Origin: Promethearchaeia archaeon
GTDB lineage: Archaea; Asgardarchaeota; Lokiarchaeia; Sigyniarchaeales; SOKP01
Reading direction: 5' to 3'
Assembly (NCBI GenBank): GCA_029856045.1
Contig: JAHQWG010000016.1
Location: 384,001-448,000 of the forward strand
DNA length: 64,000 bases
In this document: piece after piece, positions 8,821 through 19,616 of the stretch
Position numbering within the stretch: the first letter of the stretch is position 1
How the letters are laid out: every line of letters starts with the position of its first letter
Made by a program: the position numbers and the translations under genes
The notes under the pieces: generated by a model
What the model saw: the letters and a program-made list of their open reading frames with translations, nothing else
Databases searched by the model: none
Told to the model about the DNA's origin: nothing

Positions 8821-11160
8821 CTATTTTGATTCCACTTTATCATTTTGATACTTAAAATTTGCGATTTTATATATTTCCTGTGCTAATTTCTTTCCAATAT
8901 TTGGAGTTTCCATTAGGTCTCCAATATCAGCATTGAAAATTTCCTTTATTTTATGGAATTTTGATAACAAACTTTTTGCTCTTAAATAATTAATCCCCGG
9001 AACTCCAGCAACAATAAATTCTAATAAACGAGATATTTTTAATGGTGCTTTTTCAAATCTTAATTTAAATTCTTGCTTTTTTTCAGATTGTTCTTTCTTA
9101 GCTAAATAGTAAAGTGTTTTAGCAGTTTCTCGAGAATCCTTTGTTTGATAGATGTAAATACCCATGTTAATCATTACAGAAAAAAAAGCACCATATATAG
9201 CATTTTCGCTTAGATTTGAAGAAATAATTGGATTTTCACCTTCGAGAATTAAAATTGGTCGATAAAAATTTTGTGATAAGTCTTTTAATTCTTTAAAAAA
9301 ACGTCCATCTTTTATTGAATCTGAAAAATCTTTAGTGCTTTTTCGTTCAACCCCGACCTTTTTTGAAATGATATAATCCGCTACTTCCAAATTCTGGAGC
9401 TTTATTTGAACTCCATATAAAGATAAAGTTCTAACTACTGAAGAGGCTGTTTCACGATTATCCACATAAATAGTATATTTTTCTGCTCCTCTTATTGGAG
9501 TAACCGATTCTGAATCTAAGGAATTTTCCAAACCATTATTTTTTTTTTGTTCAATATCTTTGATAAAATCCATTAAATCCTTTTTCTTTTCATACTTTAA
9601 ATTTTTCATTCTTATCAAACTCTCTTTCATTTTTTTTTCTTTTGCTAATTCCGCCCAATAATAACCTTCATCTCGGGTGTCCTTTGCGATCAATATTACT
9701 ATTTTTCCTGCTTTTTGCCTTCCCGTACGCCCACGTCTTTGAATTGATCGAACGACACTTGGAGTCATATCATAAAAAATTACTAAATCACATTCTGGTA
9801 TGTCAAGTCCTTCTTCACCAACATTAGTCGAGACTAATACATTATAAATTCCTTCTTTAAACTTATCAAGTATTTCTAATTGATTTTTCTGAGACAGACC
9901 CTTATCTCGTCCTTTCGTTTGTTGACCTACAAATTTATGAATTTGAATAACGTCATCTTCACCGAAATAATTAATTATATTATTAACTGAGTCTCGATAT
10001 TGTGAAAAAACTAAAATCCTCGAATTCTCATTTAAAGAAATTTGTTCAGATAATAATTCCTTTAATTTCTTCATCTTTGGATGAATTATTCCTTCTGAGA
10101 TTAGCTTTCGTGTTAAATTAATGGCTTTTTTGAAATCTCGATTTTGAAATAACTCATTAAGTGATTTTGAACTCTTATTATTTTGAATATTTTCCTCATT
10201 TTTGGTAAAATAATGCTCTAGAGCTTTAAGACCCTGTGTCTCCAGTAATTCAATCATATGGGATAAGCGTAAAGCATTTGCTACCATCTTTTTTGCATTA
10301 AACATAGCGAATTTCTCATTATCATCAGTTGTTTGAGAAATCTTTAGATCAATTTCTTTATTTAATCCCAGTATTTTAAGACGGGATATATTTCTGATTA
10401 CTTCGCTTTCAATTAAGTTCTGATTTTTTAAGAATTTATAAGTTTCTTTTAATTTCTTTTCTAAAATATTTAAAATTTCTAAGAAATCTTCAGGTAAATC
10501 AACTTTCATCCATATAATATCAACTTTTTGAATATAAGGTTTAACATCTTCATCCTTCTCTGTCCTAATCTCGATTTTATCGATAAATAAATTCTCTTTT
10601 ATTATATTAATTTTCTCTTCAGTCGCCCCCGGACTTGCCGTTATTCCTAAGATTTGTCTATTTCCATCAAGACTCATATATTTTTGAGCAATAAACGTAT
10701 AAGCATAATTCCCTACTGCTCTATGACATTCATCAAAAATGATTAAAGAAACATTACTGAGAGAATAGTTATTTGAAATTATATCATTTTGAAGAACTTG
10801 TGGTGTGGCAAATAATACTCGCGTGTTATCCCATTCTTTTTTCCTATTAGCAGGAGATATCGCACCTGTAAACATTACCAATTTTTCTTCAGGAATTCTT
10901 GTCGATTCTATAAACAAATTCCTATGCTGATTTACCAGCGGTTTGGTTGGAGCAAGAAATATTACTTTTAAATCTTCAAATTTCGATAAATTATAAATGG
11001 CAAGCATTAAAGCAATAATTGTTTTCCCTAATCCAGTAGGAATAATTACTAAACAATTAGAATTAATACAACTTATAAATACGTTTTCTTGATATGCTCT
11101 TCTAATAACTTTATTTTCTTTTATAAGTGGATGGTCTATATAGATTACATTATCATTCAT
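8821..11160 (-). CDS. hef: Hef helicase-nuclease (FANCM/ERCC4)
   Basis: PTGLGKT, DECH, QRRGRTGR, ERCC4 VDNRE/ERKS..DF, tandem HhH. Confidence 0.95.
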   Translation of the reverse strand: MNDNVIYIDHPLIKENKVIRRAYQENVFISCINSNCLVIIPTGLGKTIIALMLAIYNLSKFEDLKVIFLAPTKPLVNQHRNLFIESTRIPEEKLVMFTGAISPANRKKEWDNTRVLFATPQVLQNDIISNNYSLSNVSLIIFDECHRAVGNYAYTFIAQKYMSLDGNRQILGITASPGATEEKINIIKENLFIDKIEIRTEKDEDVKPYIQKVDIIWMKVDLPEDFLEILNILEKKLKETYKFLKNQNLIESEVIRNISRLKILGLNKEIDLKISQTTDDNEKFAMFNAKKMVANALRLSHMIELLETQGLKALEHYFTKNEENIQNNKSSKSLNELFQNRDFKKAINLTRKLISEGIIHPKMKKLKELLSEQISLNENSRILVFSQYRDSVNNIINYFGEDDVIQIHKFVGQQTKGRDKGLSQKNQLEILDKFKEGIYNVLVSTNVGEEGLDIPECDLVIFYDMTPSVVRSIQRRGRTGRQKAGKIVILIAKDTRDEGYYWAELAKEKKMKESLIRMKNLKYEKKKDLMDFIKDIEQKKNNGLENSLDSESVTPIRGAEKYTIYVDNRETASSVVRTLSLYGVQIKLQNLEVADYIISKKVGVERKSTKDFSDSIKDGRFFKELKDLSQNFYRPILILEGENPIISSNLSENAIYGAFFSVMINMGIYIYQTKDSRETAKTLYYLAKKEQSEKKQEFKLRFEKAPLKISRLLEFIVAGVPGINYLRAKSLLSKFHKIKEIFNADIGDLMETPNIGKKLAQEIYKIANFKYQNDKVESK

Positions 11161-11313
11161 TTGATTTACTCCATATTACATAGCCGACTCTTTTTTGCTA
11201 TTTTGCTACTGATAATTCCTTATTTATAAAATAAAAAAAATTACACTCTACTCGATTAATATAAAAAGAATGAGGATCTAAAAAATATTTCATAATAACT
11301 CACTAATAATGAT

Positions 11314-11417
11314 TAGGCGAGGGGGAATTCGAATCCCCGATCTCTACGGTCTGCCCATTAATCTAAAATTAAAGTAATTGTGAGCGTAGCGCGCTAACCG
11401 GGCTATGCTACTCGCCT
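11314..11417 (-). tRNA. tRNA-Val(CAC) with a 29-nt intron at 37/38 (intron 11350-11378)
   Basis: Acceptor AGGCGAG/CTCGCCT plus A73; anticodon stem CTACG/CGTAG; T-arm GGGGA-TTCGAAT-TCCCC; spliced loop CT-CAC-AC; CTCA pairs with intron TGGG. Identity depends on intron placement. Confidence 0.8.
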
Positions 11418-11500
11418 ATAAATAAAAAATTAAATATATAAAAAAATAATAAACCAAAAAAGATAAATTTGATTTATTTTTAAATTTAATATTAACCTAT

Positions 11501-11818
11501 TTGAGGTCTCATTTTTTGTCCACCCCTAATGAAGTCGGAAAATTACGTAAAAAATATAAAGATGTACGTAAAAAAATCAAAATAGGTTCAATTTTTCTTA
11601 CAAGATTTGAAAAAGCAAGAATAGTAGGAGCTAGAGCTTTACAGATATCGTTTGGAGCGCCAATTCTTATTATTCGACCCAAGGAAGTTATAGATCCAAT
11701 CAAAATTGCTCAGTTAGAACTAGAATCCGGTATCCTCCCCTTAACTTTACGTAGAAGACTTCCAAATGAAGAATATCAAGATATTCCCATTAACTGGCTA
11801 GTTATTAAGAAAAGTTAA
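11501..11818 (+). CDS. rpoK: RNA polymerase subunit Rpo6/K
   Basis: LTRFEKARIVGARALQIS and LPLTLRRRLP. Confidence 0.95.
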   Translation: MRSHFLSTPNEVGKLRKKYKDVRKKIKIGSIFLTRFEKARIVGARALQISFGAPILIIRPKEVIDPIKIAQLELESGILPLTLRRRLPNEEYQDIPINWLVIKKS

Positions 11819-11851
11819 TTATTTTTTTTTAATTGATCATTTAAAACAAAA

Positions 11852-12367
11852 TTACTGAACTCTGTATTTTCCTCTCTCTGTTAGGTAGTAAACATCATTT
11901 TCTGCAATTCTTTCCTTAATCACATAACCTTTCTTTATTAAACCATTTAAAATGTTTAAAAGATCATCTTTTGTAAACGGTTCAATTCCTAAAGGAATTC
12001 TACTCTGATTTGCAATTATTGCTATGCGTGTTAAAAACATTCTTTTATCCATTATTGATTCAAGTATGGTTAACTCTTCGTTAGATAACTTTTCAAACTG
12101 ATCATGCTCCAAAAGTCGATCTTTTAATACTTTAGATAAATCTTGAACATCCTCATCAACTTCTTGTTTTTTTATCTCAACATGAGATAATTTAACTAAA
12201 TCTTTGGCTACTGGAATTTTTTTCTTTATATCTTGATTTTTCTTCTCTTTCCTTATTGTATTATCCATAAATCCATGTTTCTTTAATTTTTCTTTATCGT
12301 TCTCTTTATTCTTCTCTTTTTCATCTTTTTCAAAATAATGCAAATTTTTCAAACCTTTTAATAACAA
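11852..12367 (-). CDS. Hypothetical protein with C-terminal winged helix
   Basis: Lys-rich N-terminus; LIKKGYV...YYLTERG winged-helix wing. Confidence 0.6.
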   Translation of the reverse strand: MLLKGLKNLHYFEKDEKEKNKENDKEKLKKHGFMDNTIRKEKKNQDIKKKIPVAKDLVKLSHVEIKKQEVDEDVQDLSKVLKDRLLEHDQFEKLSNEELTILESIMDKRMFLTRIAIIANQSRIPLGIEPFTKDDLLNILNGLIKKGYVIKERIAENDVYYLTERGKYRVQ

Positions 12368-12441
12368 TTAAAAAATTTTAATTTTTATTATATTAAAATT
12401 ATCTTAATTTTTAAAATTTAAAATATCTCTAATGAAAAAAT

Positions 12442-13020
12442 ATGAAAAAAAAAATAACATTGCCAAATAGATGTTCTATTATTTTAAAACATGCAAACCT
12501 TGAAGATGTTGATGGTGTTTGGAAAAATTTTAATACTGTTATAGATGAAGGAATCTATTTACCAATATTCGAAAAGGTGTGTGATGTTGAAAAGGAATCG
12601 TGGTATGAAGATATAAAATTGGGAAGAGATTTATGTGTTGTAGCTCAAATTCCTAATGCAAAACCTCCAGATAATATCGCAGGGCAATGTGAAATCACAG
12701 ATCCCGAATGGGATGCAGCGGCACATCATGTCGGAATTTTAGGAATCATTATAAGAGAAGATTTTAGGGGATTAGGACTTGGAGAGATATTAATTGATTA
12801 TGCAATACGTGAGTCAAAAAAAATAAAAGATAAGGCAAAAATTATTTTATCTTGTTTTTCCACTAACTCTAAAGCTATAAATTTATATAATAAATTAGGA
12901 TTCAAAAAAATTGGAGTTAGAAAAAAGCAATTTTATATGAATGATCAATTTTACGATGAGGTTTTAATGGAAATTTTTATTGAAGATTATTTAAAGGATA
13001 AAGAAAAAACCATTAAATAG
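12442..13020 (+). CDS. GNAT acetyltransferase
   Basis: FRGLGLG motif A and NSKAINLYNKLGF. Confidence 0.88.
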   Translation: MKKKITLPNRCSIILKHANLEDVDGVWKNFNTVIDEGIYLPIFEKVCDVEKESWYEDIKLGRDLCVVAQIPNAKPPDNIAGQCEITDPEWDAAAHHVGILGIIIREDFRGLGLGEILIDYAIRESKKIKDKAKIILSCFSTNSKAINLYNKLGFKKIGVRKKQFYMNDQFYDEVLMEIFIEDYLKDKEKTIK

Positions 13021-13085
13021 ATACAATTTATCTTATTAAACTCATTATTCAAAAATGATTAAAGAAATAATAGAATAAAAATTTT

Positions 13086-16000
13086 TTAGGTTTCTATTAT
13101 AGGTAAGGTAAAATAAAATTCAGCTCCTTTATCCTTTCCTTTTGAAGTTCCCCATATTTTTCCACCATGTGCTTCCACAATCCCTTTTGAAATATAGAGC
13201 CCAAGTCCTAACCCCTTTTTTCTATCGATATGATCAGCACTCTCTTTCTCAATTACTTCAAACTTTTTAAATAATCTTCTAATATCACGAATACTTAACC
13301 CTTTACCCTCATTTCTAATTTTAAATAAAAATTGGTCTTTTACCTTTTTGGCTGAGATCTTAATATTACCATCATTCAGAGTGTATTTTACAGCATTTGA
13401 GAATAAATTAGAAAAGACCTCATAAATTCTATTTGCGTCAACTCTCAGATATAAATCTTTTTGAACATCTATTATGATGTTTATGTTTTTCTCCTTCAAT
13501 TCAAAACTTAGCTCTTCAAGGCAATTTTCAATAATATCATATAAATTCTTTTTCTCTAGAGTTACTTCCATTTTTTTTGCATCAATTATCATTACATCTA
13601 ACAATTGCTCTATTAAAAGATTTAATCGTTGAGAATTTTTTTGGATAAGTAATACATCTTTCCTGATTTCAAAATCCAAATCTTTATGGTGAGTTAAAAT
13701 ATAATCTGTATATCCAGTGATAGAAATCATAGGAGTTTTCAATTCATGAGCTGCAATAGTAATAAAATCGTTTTTTAACTCATCCAATCTCTTTAATTCA
13801 ATATTCTGTTTTCTTAATTTTTCTTCCGCCTGCTTTAACTTGCTAATATCGTCAAAAGCACTCAATATCCGAATAGTTTTCCCTTCTTGATCTAATGTTG
13901 GGACTAATTTATATCTTAGAAATACAAATTTCTCCCATTTCGTAATATATGGGCGTTCAGAACTGATTTGTCGACCTTCATTTATACATTTTTCAAAATC
14001 ACCCGAAATACCAGCCCTCATTAATAGAGGAAAGGTTAAAAGATTAATCTGTTTAGTGGCTTCTTTAGAAGGAGAACCAAGAAGTTCAACGGCATTTTTA
14101 TTCACATTAAGAATTGTTCCATTGACATCACAAGTCAAGATTCCTATAGGTGCTTCATCAAAAAGAGTTCTATATTTTTCTTCTGATTCTTTTAATTTAT
14201 CTTCTGCTAATTTGCGTTCGGTAATATCTCGTATGAAAATTGCAACTCGATTTTTAGTAAAAAAGAGAAATCGTGCTTCATAATACTGAACTTCATCTTT
14301 TATAGGAAGACTATATTCTAAAATTCGTGGTTGTTTCGAACTTATAGTCTTTGATACATATTCTTTAACCATTTTTCCAAGTTTAAAAGGTAATATATCA
14401 CTCAGTTTTTTACTAAGAAACTGTTCAGGAGGAATAAAAAAATCTTCCCTTTTTCCACGATAATCTATTATGGTAGTTTTCTCATCAACAAGAAAGAACA
14501 AATCTGGAATTGACTCAAAAATACGCCTAAATTTTTTTTCAGATTTTTCCAATTCTTTAGTCCTTTCAACTACCTTATATTCCAATTCTCTATTTAATTT
14601 TTTTAATTCCTTCTCAGCTATTTTCCTATCTGTAATATCTTGAAGTATAATTTGGATAAATCTTTTCTCACTTAAGGTGACCAAAAAATTGTGCAAAATT
14701 ACCCATACTAAAGAATCATCTTTAATATAACAAGGAATTTCGATTGGAGGGGGGTTTATATCTTCTAATATCCTTTTAATTCTGTCTTCGAAAAAGGTTT
14801 TGAGTTCAGTTATCTTAAATAATGATAAAATTTCTTTATAATTTTTACCAATAATCTCTTCTTTTTTAATTCCATATAATTTTTCAATAGTAGAATTACA
14901 TTCCATAATGTTTCCTTTTGTATCCGCTAATAAAATCGAAAAAGGCGAATTGTTAAATAAATGGCGATATTTTTCTTCAGATTCTTTTAATTTTTGTTCT
15001 GATTTTTTTCTTTCATTAATATCCCGAGCAAGACCAGAAAAACCAATTTTACTTCCTTTAGAATCCATTTTTAAATAAAAAGAACTTTCGATAAATCTTT
15101 TTTTTCCATTTTTACTTATAATTTCAGATTCAAAAATAGATTGAGGAAGTTCATATTCATAGACTGAATTGAATTTTTCAAAAACTTCTTCTACTTTCTC
15201 CTTATCTGTAAATTCGAGATAATTCATTCCTATTAATTCATCTGCTGAACATCCTGTAAATTCACATGTCATATTATTGAAAAAAGTAATATTTCCCTTA
15301 AGATCTAATTCAAAATAAGCTTCTTTAATATTTTCAAGAATTTCTCTATATTTCTTTTCAGATTTTTTCAATTCTTGAGTTCTTTTGCTTACCTTTAATT
15401 CTAATTCTTCATTTAATTTTTTTAAAGATTCTTCCGATTCTTTTAATGCTTGTTCTATTTTTTTACGTTTTAGCGAATTTCCAATAATTTCAGAAAAAAT
15501 TTGGAGTAAAGCAAAATCATCATCATTCCATGCTCCAGTATCTCTAACGTTATCAAATCCAATAAATCCTGAGAGTTTTTCCCCAATAGTTAAAGGAAAA
15601 ACTAGAAGCGATTTAACATCTTGAATTTTAAGAATTTCTTTTTCGGTTGCTGCTTCTAAAGGAATTTTTAAAACATCTGTGATGTGAATATATTCACCTT
15701 TCTTGAGTTTATCCATCCACCATGGAAACATTTCTAAAGGTAGATCTTGAAGGGTATCAATTTGTGAAGATACTCCTTCCGTACACCATTCATGTGAATT
15801 ATTCATAGTTTTATTATCTTCAGAAAATAAAAAAAGATAGCTACGGCTTGCTTTACTTAACATGCCCATATCACAAAGCGAAATATTAATAGCATCATTA
15901 ATATTTGAAGTACCAACAAACCGAGAAGATATTCTAGATATAATTCTTTCAAATTCTAATTTACGCTTGATTGATTGCTTCGCTTTCTCTTTTTCAGTAA

Positions 16001-16757
16001 TATCTATTAGAGTTATAAAATCTGCAGGCTTTCCTTGATATAAAATTGATTTAGAATATACATCAACCCATTTTAATTTTCCAGATTTTGTAAATATTCT
16101 ACAAGAATAACGAGATTCAAGATCTAAATCTCCCATCTGTTTCTTTTTTGCTTGTTTCATTATAAATGGTAAATCTTCTGGATGTAGGAGTTTAATAAAA
16201 TCGTTAATTGACCATCCTATTATCTCTTGAGGAGAATATTCTCCCATTTTTGCTAAAGTACTATTAACATATTTTAAAACATCATCTTGAAGAATAACAA
16301 TTCCCATTAATATTTGTTCAGTAATTATTCTGAATTTTGATTCTGATTCTTTTATTTTTTTCTCTGTGTTCATTCTTTCGGTAATATCAGTTGCAAAACC
16401 CAAAATGCCAAAAATTTCTCCATTTTTTTTTAATGGAATTCCATAGGTTTCAACATATATAAAATCACCATTTTTTACTTTAAGCTTAAATTTGGTACGC
16501 TTAGATTGTTTTCCCTTTTCTTTAAGTTCTTTAATAGTGTTAAATGCATTTGCTATTTGATCCTTATCAATTAAATCTTTAAATGAGAGATTTGGAATAT
16601 CTTCTATTTTATATCCAAGCGTTTCTAACGCAATGTCATTTGCATCAAAAAAATTTCCTTTTAAATCATGAGCATAAATTAAATCTAAAGAATTCTCAAA
16701 TAACGCTTTATATTCTTTCCTAATCTCAGCTTCATCATATGCCATTTTTATCCTCAA
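13086..16757 (-). CDS. Cytoplasmic multi-PAS/GAF histidine kinase
   Basis: About six PAS repeats (DITERK-type ends), a GAF domain, H-box AAHELKTP, NLFSNAVKYT, GLGLGL; no TM helices. Start may be the ATG near 16745. Confidence 0.92.
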   Translation of the reverse strand: MRIKMAYDEAEIRKEYKALFENSLDLIYAHDLKGNFFDANDIALETLGYKIEDIPNLSFKDLIDKDQIANAFNTIKELKEKGKQSKRTKFKLKVKNGDFIYVETYGIPLKKNGEIFGILGFATDITERMNTEKKIKESESKFRIITEQILMGIVILQDDVLKYVNSTLAKMGEYSPQEIIGWSINDFIKLLHPEDLPFIMKQAKKKQMGDLDLESRYSCRIFTKSGKLKWVDVYSKSILYQGKPADFITLIDITEKEKAKQSIKRKLEFERIISRISSRFVGTSNINDAINISLCDMGMLSKASRSYLFLFSEDNKTMNNSHEWCTEGVSSQIDTLQDLPLEMFPWWMDKLKKGEYIHITDVLKIPLEAATEKEILKIQDVKSLLVFPLTIGEKLSGFIGFDNVRDTGAWNDDDFALLQIFSEIIGNSLKRKKIEQALKESEESLKKLNEELELKVSKRTQELKKSEKKYREILENIKEAYFELDLKGNITFFNNMTCEFTGCSADELIGMNYLEFTDKEKVEEVFEKFNSVYEYELPQSIFESEIISKNGKKRFIESSFYLKMDSKGSKIGFSGLARDINERKKSEQKLKESEEKYRHLFNNSPFSILLADTKGNIMECNSTIEKLYGIKKEEIIGKNYKEILSLFKITELKTFFEDRIKRILEDINPPPIEIPCYIKDDSLVWVILHNFLVTLSEKRFIQIILQDITDRKIAEKELKKLNRELEYKVVERTKELEKSEKKFRRIFESIPDLFFLVDEKTTIIDYRGKREDFFIPPEQFLSKKLSDILPFKLGKMVKEYVSKTISSKQPRILEYSLPIKDEVQYYEARFLFFTKNRVAIFIRDITERKLAEDKLKESEEKYRTLFDEAPIGILTCDVNGTILNVNKNAVELLGSPSKEATKQINLLTFPLLMRAGISGDFEKCINEGRQISSERPYITKWEKFVFLRYKLVPTLDQEGKTIRILSAFDDISKLKQAEEKLRKQNIELKRLDELKNDFITIAAHELKTPMISITGYTDYILTHHKDLDFEIRKDVLLIQKNSQRLNLLIEQLLDVMIIDAKKMEVTLEKKNLYDIIENCLEELSFELKEKNINIIIDVQKDLYLRVDANRIYEVFSNLFSNAVKYTLNDGNIKISAKKVKDQFLFKIRNEGKGLSIRDIRRLFKKFEVIEKESADHIDRKKGLGLGLYISKGIVEAHGGKIWGTSKGKDKGAEFYFTLPIIET

Positions 16758-17058
16758 ATTTATTTTTTTTTTGATTAAATTTTGGCTCTATATTCTTTAG
16801 TAATATGATTATTTTTTTATTTTATTGCTATCCTACACATTTAAAAAAAATTGAGAAACTAAACAAAAAATTTTAAATTACTTCTATTTTATTATCGATT
16901 AAAGTGTTTTATCATCAATTTGACAGAAATAAATAAAGATTCTAAGAGATTAGTCAAAATTCATAGAAAGAATATAAAATTAATTGGAAAAAATCTATTT
17001 TATTAAATATGAATTTTAAATAAAAAAAGGTAGAAAAAAAAGAATTTTTTTCGATTTT

Positions 17059-18201
17059 TTAGAAACATCGATGTATTACTTGAGGTCCCATCTCTTTATA
17101 TTCTCGACGAGTCACCCACATTCTGTGAAATGTTTTGAGCGACGCCAAAATGGAGCCACCAATCCATACACTGTACATTCGTTCTGGGGGCGCTATAATT
17201 TTAACGTCAACGCTTTCAGGAATTTGTTCTTTTATCTCCTTAGTCAATCGTTCTTTTAACCCTGGATACATTGTAGAACCACCGGAAAGAACGATATTTC
17301 CATAGAGATCTCTTCTTAAATCGACATCACATTCAGAAATTGAACTCACTATGATATCATCCAGAGGTTCTAATTCTTTTCCAATTACAGATGGATTAAA
17401 GAAACATTCTGGTGCAAGGAATCTCTCAACTCCAACATTAATTGTTTCCCCATCGGGTAACATATAGGATTTTTCCATACCTGCTACTTTCTTGGAAAGC
17501 ATCATTTCCTTTTCTGGATCGACAGCTACATAGCATAATTTCTCTTTAATGTCTCGTACAATTTCTTTTTCAGCAGAAGTTGTAAATGCATAACCTTTTT
17601 GTCTTAATAATCTTTGTAGGTAATTAGTAATATCTCTACCTGCAAGGTCAATTCTTTGAATTGCATGGCTTAATGCGAATCCTTCGAATATTGGGACAAC
17701 GTGTGAAACACCATCTCCAATATCTATAACGCATCCAGTGGTACGACCAGAGGCATAAAGAGATAACACTGCTTGCATAGCAACATATAACGCAGGGACA
17801 TTAAAGGTTTCAAACATAATTTCAGCCATTTTTTCTCTATTCGGTCTTGGGTTTAATGGTGCTTCGGTTAAAAGCACTGGATGTTCGCTAGGATCGATAC
17901 GAAGATCAGTATAAAAGGTATAATGCCATATTTTTTCCATAGCGGTCCAGTCTTCAATAATACCATGTTCGACAGGAAACATTAATTTGAGGACACCTTT
18001 GAGTTGTAATGCTTCTTCCCCAATATAATACTCTCTAGTATAGTGCTCTACATCCGTCATTATACTTTCATATTTAGGATATCCTATAAGCGTTGGAAAC
18101 ACGGATCGTGGCTGATCTTCTCCAGCAAAACCATTCTTTGAAATACCAGTTCCATTATCTACGACCAAGGCTTTAGCGGAAAGAAAATCTTCTTCAGACA
18201 T
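17059..18201 (-). CDS. Asgard actin (Lokiactin-type)
   Basis: [62 protein letters not shown]-terminal HRCF. Confidence 0.97.
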   Translation of the reverse strand: MSEEDFLSAKALVVDNGTGISKNGFAGEDQPRSVFPTLIGYPKYESIMTDVEHYTREYYIGEEALQLKGVLKLMFPVEHGIIEDWTAMEKIWHYTFYTDLRIDPSEHPVLLTEAPLNPRPNREKMAEIMFETFNVPALYVAMQAVLSLYASGRTTGCVIDIGDGVSHVVPIFEGFALSHAIQRIDLAGRDITNYLQRLLRQKGYAFTTSAEKEIVRDIKEKLCYVAVDPEKEMMLSKKVAGMEKSYMLPDGETINVGVERFLAPECFFNPSVIGKELEPLDDIIVSSISECDVDLRRDLYGNIVLSGGSTMYPGLKERLTKEIKEQIPESVDVKIIAPPERMYSVWIGGSILASLKTFHRMWVTRREYKEMGPQVIHRCF

Positions 18202-18619
18202 TGTATTTTACCAATTTATTTTTATTTAATATTTATTTTTATTCTTAATATAAAATTACATATATTTTTGGCTTTATAATTTTATATTTTTTAAGTGGAT
18301 ATTTTCACATTTTTTTATTAATTAACTTAAAGTTAATTTATATATGCTATTTTTTATATTTATATGTTTTTATCTGATTCGATATTAAATGAATGCTTTA
18401 TGGTTCAGAGATGAGGAAATTATTACCACATATTGAAAAAATTCTTAGAGTTTATTGATTTATGTTAATACAAATATCTCAATTATTAGATAAAAAAATC
18501 TAAAAAAATTTAAATGTTAATATTTAATGAATTTCTAAATACTAGAAATATTAATGATAATTTCTCAATATATGACAATGAGAAAAAATAAACTTTAACT
18601 AATTAAAAGGAAGTAAGTT

Positions 18620-19522
18620 ATGTTAACAGGAATTCATTTTCTTCTGACCTATGCCTGCAATTTTGAATGTGATCACTGTTTTTTGTATTGTGGACCGAAT
18701 TCAGAGGGAACATTTACACTTAAGCAAATAAGGAACGTTCTTGATGAGGCAACCAAAATTGGGACGATAGAACGGATTTATTTTGAAGGTGGTGAACCAT
18801 TTCTTTACTATCCGCTTATGGTTGAGGGGATCAAGATTGCACGTAATAGAGGATTTAAGGTTGGCATAGTTACAAATTCATATTGGGCAACATCTATTGA
18901 AGATGCCTCACTTTGGCTTAAAATAATCCGAGATCTTGAAGTTTCGGATTTCAGCGTTAGTGATGACTTATTTCATTTTAAAGAAGATAAAGAAAATCCC
19001 GCTAAAATAGCTTTCAAAGCTGGGAAGAAACTGAATTTGCCTATGAGTTCGATATCTATTGAGGAACCTACTGTTGAAGTTGAAATGAACAAGGAACAGG
19101 AAAAAGGAACACCAGTTATCGGTGGAGGTGCTATGTTTAGAGGAAGGGCTGTCGAAAAGTTAATTGAAGGATTACCTCTAAGATGGTGGGAAGAATTTAA
19201 CCAATGCCCTTATGAAGATTTAAGAGATCCTGGGAGAGTTCACGTTGATTCATTTGGAAACGTCCATCTATGCCAAGGATTGAGTTTAGGTAATATGTGG
19301 GAAACACCCTTATCACAGTTGATCAAGAAATATAATGCTGATTCACATCCAATCTGCGGACCTTTAATTAGAGGAGGTCCTACCCAATTAGTTAAGGAAT
19401 ATGATATTAAACATGAAGATAAATATGTTGATGAATGTCATATGTGCTATCTTGCTCGTTTAGCGTTAATAGATAAATTCCCAGAATATCTTACTCCAAG
19501 ACAGGTATACGGATTAGAATAG
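18620..19522 (+). CDS. Radical SAM protein with C-terminal Cys cluster
   Basis: CNFECDHC (CxxxCxxC), EGGEPF, C-terminal CHMC. Confidence 0.9.
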   Translation: MLTGIHFLLTYACNFECDHCFLYCGPNSEGTFTLKQIRNVLDEATKIGTIERIYFEGGEPFLYYPLMVEGIKIARNRGFKVGIVTNSYWATSIEDASLWLKIIRDLEVSDFSVSDDLFHFKEDKENPAKIAFKAGKKLNLPMSSISIEEPTVEVEMNKEQEKGTPVIGGGAMFRGRAVEKLIEGLPLRWWEEFNQCPYEDLRDPGRVHVDSFGNVHLCQGLSLGNMWETPLSQLIKKYNADSHPICGPLIRGGPTQLVKEYDIKHEDKYVDECHMCYLARLALIDKFPEYLTPRQVYGLE

Positions 19523-19616
19523 GAATCACAAAAGTGATTTAATCATAATACATTGTTGTTATGCATAACTTTTAATGATAATGAGAGAAAGAAACATAGT
19601 TTTTAATATTAAAAAC

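Noticed and set aside
11200-11500. tRNA as an integration site
   Set aside because: No duplicated tRNA 3' end or integrase seen; the flanks are core genes (hef, rpoK).
18572-19595. Imperfect direct repeats (atgacaatgagaaaaaataaac / atgataatgagagaaagaaac) flanking the radical SAM gene
   Set aside because: A-rich, short and mismatched, so expected by chance at this composition; no mobility gene.
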